64,000 bases of DNA, from NCBI GenBank assembly GCA_016936155.1, contig JAFGPO010000139.1:156-64155 (forward strand), written 5' to 3'. How positions within the stretch are numbered: position 1 is the stretch's first letter; every line of letters starts with the position of its first letter. Source of the DNA: a candidate division WOR-3 bacterium. Lineage in GTDB: Bacteria > Hydrothermota > Tepidihabitantia > SM23-42. Both the position numbers and the translations under genes were made by a program. Of this stretch, positions 18,251-26,142 are shown one piece after another. The notes under the pieces are model-generated. The model made no database searches and was not told the DNA's origin. It worked only from the letters and a program-made list of their open reading frames with translations.

Positions 18251-18401
18251 ACTACCTCCTGATAAAGTATATGTTAATCCCATGATCATGCAAGGAATTT
18301 TTCACGTACAGTGCGGGTTCGAATCCGGTATTACGTATCCAATAATTTCGTGCTTGAATAGGTTTTCTGAAATCCCTACTAAAGCCGTTCTTGTAAGAAT
18401 A

Positions 18402-19376
18402 TTAGCGAGTGAGAATGAATGCAAAGCTGATAAGGAGATACGCCAGCGTAAAAAGGTAAAAACACGCGATGTCAAAACGCCGCGACATTTTTTCCTTGCC
18501 GCCTGAGTACCATTTAAGCGAAAGCGTTGACTGGGCGAGGGACAGGAAAATGAAGATGAATGCGAGGATGTGTAATTTATCCGCGAGCGTCATGACATTC
18601 GTGTCTGGCAGCGCTGACGTGATTACATATTCACTCGCGACCGCGGCGAATATCGCGCCGATACCCAGTCCAAAGCGCGGGTCAAGATCGATCGGTTTGA
18701 TGAAGAACGCAAGAAAAGCGATGAGCGCCGCGATCATGACCCCGAAGAATAATTTCGCAAAATAACCAAGACCAGGGCGGATTGCGCGGATCGAGTAGAT
18801 AAAACGGGAGTACACCGACTCGCTATTCGTGGGCAGGGAAATGTCGCCGTAGTTCGTTTGATAACGGTGGTCGACAACCTCACCCCATCCTTTTTCTACG
18901 CGCCAGCCGGGGATCTGGATCTCAGGATTCATCGCGCAGTTCTCGCAATCGGCGATGTACTGCAGTTTGAAATTTTCATTGTCCGTGTCCTCGATTTCGA
19001 CTGTAAGGACATGGTCATCCAGGGGGAAGTCGGTTACGTCCCAGAATTTCGTGATCGTAGCAACAACCCGGCATGAAGCATAATGAAACCCTTCAATAAC
19101 ATCTTCATAGATGCCGTCGATTGACTCGGTCCGTCCATTCACGACTTCGAAGGACTCGAGCGGATCGATACTGTCGCTCATCCAGCGAAACCAGATATAG
19201 AAATCCACCGAGAATTTATTGTCGCGCAAACTGATATCGTAGACCTGGTTTAGGTACACGCCGATGTACACCTGATCAGGCGAGGTTTCAATATCCTGAG
19301 CCGCGACCAGGGGAGAGGATACCATCATGCACAGTGCACAAAATAGCAAAAGACATTTGCTGTTACCATGAGACAT
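18402..19376 (-). CDS. Prokaryotic pentameric ligand-gated ion channel (pLGIC / Cys-loop superfamily) homolog
   Basis: Signal peptide followed by a beta-rich ectodomain (VYIGVYLNQVYDISLRDNKFSVDFYIWFRWMSD). Four C-terminal TM segments have an M1-M4 layout, with a short M1-M2 loop, M2 LGIGAIFAAVASEYVITSALP, and M4 at the extreme C-terminus. Confidence 0.6.
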   Translation of the reverse strand: MSHGNSKCLLLFCALCMMVSSPLVAAQDIETSPDQVYIGVYLNQVYDISLRDNKFSVDFYIWFRWMSDSIDPLESFEVVNGRTESIDGIYEDVIEGFHYASCRVVATITKFWDVTDFPLDDHVLTVEIEDTDNENFKLQYIADCENCAMNPEIQIPGWRVEKGWGEVVDHRYQTNYGDISLPTNSESVYSRFIYSIRAIRPGLGYFAKLFFGVMIAALIAFLAFFIKPIDLDPRFGLGIGAIFAAVASEYVITSALPDTNVMTLADKLHILAFIFIFLSLAQSTLSLKWYSGGKEKMSRRFDIACFYLFTLAYLLISFAFILTR

Positions 19377-19514
19377 ATATCACCTCCGTGATTTCGGCAG
19401 ATTGTATATGATAGAGCCCTATTGTCAAGACAACCGCATTCCTTGAATAAAAGTTATTTTTTGCATATAATGAAGTGTTTGACAATTGAAGGATATATAA
19501 TTTAAGGAGGTATC

Positions 19515-19943
19515 ATGGCGACAAAAGCACAGAGGAAAAAGGAGATCTGGAAATGGTTCAAGGATACGCAGGTCATTTACCTTGCGACCGTGCAGGGCAG
19601 AAAACCGCAGGTGCGGCCTGTGACCATGGTCCGCGTCAAGAACAAATTCTGGGTGCTCACTGGCGCGCGCGATGCCAAGGTCCGCCAGATCAAGAAGAAT
19701 AACAGTATTCAATATTGTCTGTCGATAAAGAAAGGGAAATACAGTGGTTCGATACGTGCTGACTGCCGGGCGCGTATCATCAGGGAAAAGAAAACGCGAA
19801 GGCTTATTGCGGCTCGTGTCCCATTCTTCAAGCATTTTTGGAAGACCCCGGATGATCCGACGTTCGCGTTGCTTGAGTTGGTCATGAAACAGGTGGAGTA
19901 TGCAAAGCCCGGAGCGTTTACTTCAATCGCAATCAAAGTGTAG
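19515..19943 (+). CDS. Pyridoxamine 5'-phosphate oxidase-like FMN-binding family protein
   Basis: 142 aa. IYLATVQGRKPQVRPVTMV...FWVLTGARDAKVRQIKKN resembles the split-barrel PNPOx / general stress protein 26 family. SD is AAGGAGG. Confidence 0.65.
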   Translation: MATKAQRKKEIWKWFKDTQVIYLATVQGRKPQVRPVTMVRVKNKFWVLTGARDAKVRQIKKNNSIQYCLSIKKGKYSGSIRADCRARIIREKKTRRLIAARVPFFKHFWKTPDDPTFALLELVMKQVEYAKPGAFTSIAIKV

Positions 19944-19973
19944 GTGGTCAATAGATACATAACACGGGTAGAA

Positions 19974-20006
19974 TAAAAAAAGGGCGCCCTCCGGCGCCCT
20001 TTTTTA
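19974..20006. terminator. Bidirectional intrinsic terminator between convergent genes
   Basis: AAAAAAA-AGGGCGCC-ctcc-GGCGCCCT-TTTTT. Perfect 8-bp GC stem flanked by an A-run and a T-run. Confidence 0.75.
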
Positions 20007-20017
20007 CCAAGTGACAC

Positions 20018-21814
20018 TTACCGTATCAATAATACTTTGTCTGAGATATGCTGATCCTTGCTCGTGACATGCAGGAAATACACGCCGTTTGCAACCAGCG
20101 CGCCGCTGTGATCCCTGGCATCCCAGGTGATGTGTGGATCCGTGACCCGGGCGTACCTGCGTACAAGACACCCGCTCGCATCGTAGATCATGATGTCCAC
20201 GGGAGAGGAACAGCTCTTGAGGATGATATTCAGCGTATTCGTGAACGGATTCGGCATCGCGTTCATTATTATGACATGCTTTTTATTAATTTCGTTGCTT
20301 CCGAGAATGATCGGGACGGTCACGTCGTCGACGTACCAGCCTTCGTCAATGACGCTCTGGTCGCTCAAGAAACGGAAGCGGAGCCGTACGGTTTGACCGT
20401 GATATGCGGTGAGAGCATGGACCTTTTCGATCCATGATGTCTGCATGCCGTTCAGCTCACCGAGAATCTGCCACCAGCCCTTGTTGTTGTCGATCTCCAC
20501 GTAGCTGTAATCCCAGTCGGTTTCCAGCCGGTACTGGGTCCAGTAGTGGAGCGCGCTGTCCGGGGTTACGACAAAATACGGAGAGATGAGGGATGCGTCA
20601 TTGAGATTAGTGTATTGGTGCGAGGACTCGAGTCCGCTGTACCAGGAGTGACTCGATGAATGGCTCTTATGGGTCGTGAGGTGCCAGTTGTCATTGATGC
20701 CGCCGAATCCCGAATGTGTCCACTGCCCTTCGCCCGATTCCATGTCATCACTGAATCCGGATTGGTCAACGACCAGGAACGAGACATCATCCTGATATCC
20801 GCCGCCGAAAACCACCGCAAACGTCCATGTGTACGGTGTCGGACAACTGCCGGTCACGAATGCATCGACCGTGATCACCACATCAGCATCACCCTGTTCC
20901 AAGGACACTGATTGCGGGCTCGTGGAATTGACTGTCACGTACGGATCGGACGATGATATCGCCGCGGGGCCCGTGTAGGTTCCGCCGCCCTGATTCTTGC
21001 CCGTGATGTACAGGCGCATGGACTCGCCCGGTTCGACAAACCCGTTGCCATTGCCGCTCAGTTCATCAACCGAGTGCCCGTAGTAATCCATGCGCGGCGT
21101 GCTCATGATCTTGATCTCTACCGCCTGGTAGATCTCGCGCGATGATCCCTGGACAAACGATACGATATAGCATTCGTCTTCATCCCAGGTATTGTCAATC
21201 GTGAAGGCTTGAGACCGGATGATTGTGTCGCTTGCCGGGATCGTGACCGCAGTGCCGGTGGCGCTGGGCACCATATCCCTCATTACGTGATCGACATCAG
21301 TCATCCCTCCCCAACTGTAGGGGATATTATTCTCGATGACCACAAAGTGCAGGTTGCCGCTGATCGCGCTGCTCGTGGTATTCTCCACAAGCGCGGTGAT
21401 CGTGCCGGTATTGCTGCCGGAATTGTATGAACAGGTCAGATCGATGATCAGGGGACTGGAAATCCCGGCTCGTGTTGTCAGATGATGACGGTAGATGGGA
21501 AACATGGTTCCGGGAAATGCTACACCACCAGTTTCCTGTATTGATCCGTCGATCCTGACGATCGGCGTGCCGGTGATGCTGTAGTAACTGGCACGCTGTG
21601 ATGCTTCGGCAGTATAGAACGGATAAGATGATGAGATGTGGTAGCCTATGACTACTAATGAATCATAGGAACGATCATGATTTTCAGCAAGACCTCTTGC
21701 TGCTCCAGGGCAGTATGCTCAACCCCCGACCCGGGTAAACTCCTCCATGACCACGACGCGCTGCGCCGCAAACGCGGTGGCGAGAAGAAGAAAAACAAGA
21801 CATATCTTTTTCAT
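20018..21814 (-). CDS. T9SS-sorted secreted protein with N-terminal thioredoxin-like domain, with in-frame TGA (21721-21719) as candidate selenocysteine (UxxC)
   Basis: SD AAGGAG precedes ATG 21814. Signal peptide is MKKICLVFLLLATAFA. Then VVVMEEFTRVGG-TGA-AYCPGAARGL continues in frame into the 495-aa track ORF. The C-terminal CTD reads IMIYDASGCLV...NGVYFLHV...KVLLIR. A pseudogene is the alternative. Confidence 0.6.
21685..21702 (-). other. Candidate bacterial SECIS stem-loop
   Basis: On the mRNA strand: UGA, 16 nt, then CAGCAAG-AGGU-CUUGCUG. The stem is a perfect 7 bp and the loop contains GGU. Confidence 0.45.
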
Positions 21815-21834
21815 ACCCATCTCCTTGTACTGTA

Positions 21835-21863
21835 ATTATATAGGCAAGACATAGTAATGTCAA
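21835..21863 (-). promoter_or_regulatory. Sigma-70 type promoter of the TGA-containing T9SS gene
   Basis: On the minus strand: TTGACA (21863-21858), 17-nt spacer, TATAAT (21840-21835). Confidence 0.55.
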
Positions 21864-22039
21864 GACTTTAGGATAGTAAAGATACCACTCTTCGATTACA
21901 AAGATAAATGAAAAATGACAGGGTAATGGCGTCCATGCAGAATTCCCTTTCCTCCTTGAGAGGAGGGGGCCTGGGTGAGGAGGGAACAGGAATATCTCGG
22001 TAATCTCAAATGTCAAGAAATAGCCATTTTTGCCATTTC

Positions 22040-22066
22040 TGTCAAAATCACTGACATATTTGTCAC
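22040..22066. promoter_or_regulatory. Distal upstream activator-like palindromes (TGTCA-N7-TGACA-N4-TGTCAC)
   Basis: Half-sites at 22040-44, 22052-56 and 22061-66. TGACATATTTGTCAC has the same architecture as the proximal site. Confidence 0.4.
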
Positions 22067-22135
22067 AAGAAATGTTTTCGCAAAGCGTTATTTTTCAATG
22101 CTTCACGCGAAATTGAATAATATGCCGCATAAACC

Positions 22136-22151
22136 GTGACAAATCTGTCAC
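22136..22151. promoter_or_regulatory. Proximal upstream activator-like palindrome GTGACAAATCTGTCAC
   Basis: Perfect 6-bp arms GTGACA / TGTCAC separated by 4 nt. Centre lies about 48 bp upstream of the -24 GG. Confidence 0.45.
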
Positions 22152-22190
22152 AACCGTAAAAATTTAACCCGAAATTTCGAGCCAAATCCC

Positions 22191-22206
22191 TGGCACGAAA
22201 ATTGCT
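22191..22206 (+). promoter_or_regulatory. Sigma-54 (-24/-12) promoter upstream of the RiPP precursor gene
   Basis: cTGGCACGaaaaTTGCTt matches YTGGCACG-N4-TTGCW at every specified position. GG is at 22192-93 and GC at 22204-05. Confidence 0.65.
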
Positions 22207-22327
22207 TATATATACTAAGTACATTTATATAGTGGACAGGCATGAAAAAGTAGAGTTCCACATATTCGTATTGTGCTTTGTTGTTTCCCGGGAATATGAA
22301 GCCATTGTGAAAGGGGGTGAGTTCAGC

Positions 22328-22474
22328 ATGCATGATAAACTACGATCGTCGATTGATCAAGCAGGTCTTAAAGAGGACTTTCTTGCTATGGCCGATCAGG
22401 CTTATGGAACAGTTCCTAAGTGTGGCATAGCATGTGCTCCTGGGTGCATTATCATGAGTCCTGCTATTGAATGA
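22328..22474 (+). CDS. RiPP precursor peptide candidate (48 aa, CX3CX3C core)
   Basis: MHDKLRSSIDQAGLKEDFLAMADQAYGTVPKCGIACAPGCIIMSPAIE. SD AAGGGGGTGA sits 7-8 nt before the ATG. It is the in-frame C-terminal part of track ORF 22202..22474. The radical-SAM gene starts 58 nt downstream. Confidence 0.6.
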   Translation: MHDKLRSSIDQAGLKEDFLAMADQAYGTVPKCGIACAPGCIIMSPAIE

Positions 22475-22485
22475 GAAACACCGGA

Positions 22486-22511
22486 GTGGGGGGTGAATGT
22501 TTGCCCCCCAC
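22486..22511 (+). promoter_or_regulatory. GC-rich stem-loop between the precursor and maturase genes
   Basis: GTGGGGGG-tgaatgtttg-CCCCCCAC. Perfect 8-bp stem with no T-run after it. Confidence 0.5.
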
Positions 22512-22532
22512 CTGTACTGTAAGAGGTATAAC

Positions 22533-23969
22533 ATGATAGAGTGTGATATTAATGATATAATGAAAAATAATTTACGTATTGTGTTGAATCCGAAATTACG
22601 GATGCGTAAGGATATCGATAGAATATATATATTCCCGGTGAATCCCTTTACCTACCAGGAAAAGAACAAACGCATTTACATCAAACCCGCAGAAGCTGTC
22701 ACGCTTGCGCTATTTGATGGTAAGAAGAGGTTAATCGATGTCGTTCATGATATCACAAACATACTACACATTACTGAAGATACCGCGACGCGCATCATTA
22801 GAAATATTATAAAGCGCTACAATGAGTATATGGTCGATGTAGATCGACTAACCGACGAGATTATCACCTATGATCCAGTTGATTTTATTATCCCGAAAGA
22901 AAAGATTGATACCCATACAATTTTCCCCAAAATTCCTGAAATTATCATGTTTATCCCCACTTTTGCCTGTAATTTTGCCTGCAGGTATTGTTATGCGCCA
23001 AAGAGTGCACCCCGTAATGTTCTTCATTTGGATATTATTGATTCATTCCTGAAACAACTTGCAAAATGGAAGCTACCATCCCTTTTCTTCTCGGGCGGAG
23101 ATCCTTTTTGCCATCCACACATCACAGATATCCTGCAATTATGTGTCAATTATAAGATTAAACCTATTATACCGACAAAATCGATACTAACGCGCGATCA
23201 GATAGCATGTTTGCAAAAACTCGGCATAGATGAGATACAAATGAGTATTGACACAATCCAGCCGCAAAAATGCTGTGACCTGCTTGGTGCGAGAGAAAGC
23301 TATATGAATGATATGCTCCAGCAGATTCGATTCTTAACCATGAATGGTATCAAGGTGTATTCGAACAGCGTGCTCACATCCAGTACTATTCATGCCATTC
23401 CCTTGTTGGTGGAACACCTTTACGCACTGGGGGTGCGACGCATGAGTTTCAGTCAGTATTCCCGCTCCTTATTCTGCCATCAGGACGAGTTATTCTGCAA
23501 ATCGGAGAGCTATGAGTGGTTTGATCACGAAATTCAAATGCTGCAACAACGGTTTCCGCAATTGAAAATTTCATATAAAAATATGAAGGATCCGACTTTC
23601 ATGACACAGCAGGAAAAAGAGGCTTTTTTTCAGAACCGCCCAAATTGTACGGCAGGGAAGATGGGCGTGGTTATCTTACCCGATGGAAAAGTTACCGTGT
23701 GTGAAACGCTATATTACAACAGCGATCTAATGCTTGGTGACCTTCAACAGACATCGATAGAGGATATATGGAATTCCGCAGAACGCCATAATATAATAAC
23801 GCGATCACCACAAAGATTGACTTCAGATATCTGTACATCATGCCCGGAAGTCGAATATTGTTATCTTATAAAAGGAAAATGTTATGTTCGTGCGCTCCAG
23901 GCGTATGGCAGCGTTAAGATGCCCGATCCATACTGCCCCAAGAGCCCAGCGGGGAGGAGGATATTGTGA
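22533..23969 (+). CDS. Radical SAM / SPASM-domain peptide maturase with N-terminal RRE (PqqD-like) region
   Basis: CX3CX2C cluster in FIPTFACNFACRYCYAP. C-terminal auxiliary-cluster cysteines occur in CTAGKMGVVILPDGKVTVC and CTSCPEVEYCYLIKGKCY...PYCP. The ~100 aa before the cluster look like an RRE. Start chosen at ATG 22533 (SD AAGAGGT); ATG 22497 is the alternative. Confidence 0.85.
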   Translation: MIECDINDIMKNNLRIVLNPKLRMRKDIDRIYIFPVNPFTYQEKNKRIYIKPAEAVTLALFDGKKRLIDVVHDITNILHITEDTATRIIRNIIKRYNEYMVDVDRLTDEIITYDPVDFIIPKEKIDTHTIFPKIPEIIMFIPTFACNFACRYCYAPKSAPRNVLHLDIIDSFLKQLAKWKLPSLFFSGGDPFCHPHITDILQLCVNYKIKPIIPTKSILTRDQIACLQKLGIDEIQMSIDTIQPQKCCDLLGARESYMNDMLQQIRFLTMNGIKVYSNSVLTSSTIHAIPLLVEHLYALGVRRMSFSQYSRSLFCHQDELFCKSESYEWFDHEIQMLQQRFPQLKISYKNMKDPTFMTQQEKEAFFQNRPNCTAGKMGVVILPDGKVTVCETLYYNSDLMLGDLQQTSIEDIWNSAERHNIITRSPQRLTSDICTSCPEVEYCYLIKGKCYVRALQAYGSVKMPDPYCPKSPAGRRIL

Positions 23970-25186
23970 TGATAAAAGCTGGGGTTCTTGGCAAATGCGA
24001 CTTTGTTTTTCTTGAGAAACCTATTTTCACAAATATATATGGAGTACAAATTAATTGCGGTTCTCAGGATGATCCTGTCGGCACACCAGGCATCGCTCAT
24101 CTTCTTGAACATGTCATTTTTCATTCGAGTCCAGCCCAGGATATTATCCGTGGGGGAGGGTGCGTACAGGCCATGACAGAGCGTGAAAAAACTACGTATA
24201 TCTGCCAGATTCCCACTAACTACAACTGCCTTTTCAATCGATTTCTAGATTCCATTCTCACTCCCGCTTTTAATCAGGAGAGCATTCACAAAGAGAAACA
24301 AAGTGTATTAGATGAATATGCTGCAGTACATAAAGATGGAATCGTTAGAATCATTGATTCATTATACCAACTCATGTTTCCTAAGCAGGGACTGGGCAAG
24401 CCAGTACTCGGCTGCCCAGCAGCTATTCAGCAGATCGAAGTCGAAGACCTTGTTACTTTTCACGCAAAACACTATCAACTATCGAATATTGTTGTCATCC
24501 AGATGGGTTCAGCGATCAATTCCACATATATGCCGAATGGTGGGGTGTTTCGTCATGTGCATAGAACGGATTCATTCAGCACCAAGATCAATACCGGAAT
24601 GCCCAAATTCGGTTGGGAGGTTTCTTCCACAAACAGTAATATATTTCTTCTTGGTTTCCCGGTTTATACAGGAAGTGATAATAAAAAAAGTGCCTTGGTT
24701 CTCCTTGAACGGATGCTCCAACGGTTTGCCGATGAATATGTCATGTCATGCAATGACCTGCATGCTTTAACCTGGCAGTTTTCATTTCAATGCAAGCTCT
24801 ACCGTGATGTCGGAATTCTGTTTTGTCTTATTGCTGGAAAGGGGCAAATCTGTAAACGATTTCTCAGTCAGTTGCGCGAAAAAGTAAAGCAGTTCATCCG
24901 GAATGGATTTACCGATATGCAAATATATGATACTTATAAATTCAGCATAAATTACCACCATACTATGATTGCAGATCCGCTAACGGAAATCAAGACTGCC
25001 TTGCAGGACGTGATTCAGAGTGCAAACATCGGGGAGTATGAAGGGCGAGTTACATCTCCGATTTCAAGGGTAAACAGAAATGTAATGAACACTGTTGCGG
25101 AGTATATTTTTGCGCCTTCTGCTATGCATTATTACGCGAAATGTAGTGCTGATATGTACAGTCTACCGTACATTATACACATATGA
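23969..25186 (+). CDS. M16 (pitrilysin) family zinc peptidase, probable leader peptidase
   Basis: Inverted zincin motif HLLEH (GIAHLLEHVIFH). Downstream motif EKQSVLDEY. The start overlaps the maturase stop (TGATG). Confidence 0.8.
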   Translation: MIKAGVLGKCDFVFLEKPIFTNIYGVQINCGSQDDPVGTPGIAHLLEHVIFHSSPAQDIIRGGGCVQAMTEREKTTYICQIPTNYNCLFNRFLDSILTPAFNQESIHKEKQSVLDEYAAVHKDGIVRIIDSLYQLMFPKQGLGKPVLGCPAAIQQIEVEDLVTFHAKHYQLSNIVVIQMGSAINSTYMPNGGVFRHVHRTDSFSTKINTGMPKFGWEVSSTNSNIFLLGFPVYTGSDNKKSALVLLERMLQRFADEYVMSCNDLHALTWQFSFQCKLYRDVGILFCLIAGKGQICKRFLSQLREKVKQFIRNGFTDMQIYDTYKFSINYHHTMIADPLTEIKTALQDVIQSANIGEYEGRVTSPISRVNRNVMNTVAEYIFAPSAMHYYAKCSADMYSLPYIIHI

Positions 25187-26142
25187 AATTGCATTCTCAA
25201 AGAGATGGTGCTCCGGACGTAGCAATACAAGTCGAGAAACTGAATAAATGCTATGGTTCCAAGCAGGTACTTGATAATGTGAGTTTTTCAGTGAAGAGGA
25301 GTGAGTGTTTTTGCCTTTTAGGTCCCAATGGCGCCGGTAAAACCACGGCCATGAAGATCATCACTGGAATGTTGAGTGGAGACACCGGAATCGTTGAAGT
25401 AAAAGGTATGACCATTACTGAATTACGCAAAAGAGAACGTGGATACATTACGTTAATCCCGCAATATGCTAATCTTGATCCCTTGTTAACAGTTGAAGAA
25501 AACCTGATCTTTTATGGATTGCTTCAGAAGATGAGATACAAGGAAATACACTCCAGAGTCGTCAAATTACTGCGGGTATTTGAGATCGCCCATCTAAAAA
25601 AACAGGTAACCCATCGTTGTTCAGGAGGCGAATACCAGCGCTTGTTGGTTGCCAGAGCGTTCTTGCGACCAGCCGAGATCATTTTTATGGATGAGCCAAC
25701 TGCTGGCATCGATATATTATTTAAAAACATACTTTGGGACTATTTTATTGAGGAAAAAACACGAGGGAGGACGATATATTTGAATACTCACGACCTGAAT
25801 GAAGCAGAAGTCCTGGCTGATCGAATAGGATTTCTATTACATGGAAAGCTCATTGCCATTGATACACCGAGCAGATTAAAATCTCTTGTGCAGGGTGTGC
25901 ATGTATCCGTGAAATGTAGTAATATCATATATCACACAGAGTTGTTCGCAGAGCATAAACACACGCTGATAGATGATAAGACCATTGTGTTACAAGTTGC
26001 TACTGTTGACGCTGCTATTATAAGGTTACTTGAGAGGTTATCCACTATCAACCATATCCTTAATGTTGAGATCACTCAGCCTTCCCTCAATGACGTTTTT
26101 AAGAAACTTGGGGCAGTGAATGCTAGCGATACTGTGGCGTGA
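25183..26142 (+). CDS. ABC transporter ATP-binding protein (ABC-2 type exporter)
   Basis: Walker A GPNGAGKTT. Signature CSGGEYQRL. Walker B IIFMDEPTAGID. ATGA overlap with the M16 gene. Confidence 0.9.
   Translation: MKLHSQRDGAPDVAIQVEKLNKCYGSKQVLDNVSFSVKRSECFCLLGPNGAGKTTAMKIITGMLSGDTGIVEVKGMTITELRKRERGYITLIPQYANLDPLLTVEENLIFYGLLQKMRYKEIHSRVVKLLRVFEIAHLKKQVTHRCSGGEYQRLLVARAFLRPAEIIFMDEPTAGIDILFKNILWDYFIEEKTRGRTIYLNTHDLNEAEVLADRIGFLLHGKLIAIDTPSRLKSLVQGVHVSVKCSNIIYHTELFAEHKHTLIDDKTIVLQVATVDAAIIRLLERLSTINHILNVEITQPSLNDVFKKLGAVNASDTVA

Noticed and set aside
18311-18337. tRNA-like T-arm (GCGGGTTCGAATCCGGT) plus a short ACGTA/TACGT helix, which could be a tRNA gene or att-site remnant
   Set aside because: No matching 5' acceptor strand, D-arm or anticodon arm lies upstream, and the T-stem has a G-G mismatch. 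At most it is a degraded fragment, and it is not supported as a tRNA.
21719-21721. Alternative genetic code (TGA = Trp or Gly, codes 4/25) as the explanation for the in-frame TGAs
   Set aside because: TGA terminates many well-delimited genes here, including argG at 14985-14987, the rSAM at 23967-23969 and znuC-like at 43502-43504. Their protein lengths and neighbours are as expected. Global reassignment would fuse argG to argH.
21906-21918. AAATGAAAAATGA upstream of the first TGA-containing gene as a third ArsR-type operator
   Set aside because: It is only a half-site-like direct repeat with different spacing (7 vs 8) and no inverted partner, so it is too weak to call.
21684-22016. 110-aa minus-strand ORF across the promoter region of the TGA-containing gene
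   Set aside because: It is out of frame with the signal-peptide/thioredoxin-like reading and spans the -35/-10 boxes. Its sequence is low-complexity and it has no SD.
22202-22327. N-terminal 42 codons of the 90-aa track ORF 22202..22474
   Set aside because: Its TTG start is the -12 TTGC of the sigma-54 promoter, and the segment is AT-rich promoter and leader DNA. An SD-led ATG at 22328 gives a sensible 48-aa precursor.
22328-25186. Interpreting the small ORF + rSAM/SPASM + M16 set as PQQ (pqqA/E/F) or mycofactocin biosynthesis
   Set aside because: There are no pqqB/C/D or mftB/D/E/F-type genes. The precursor lacks the PqqA E-x3-Y motif and the MftA C-terminal GVY motif. A dedicated ABC exporter points to a secreted peptide and not a cofactor.
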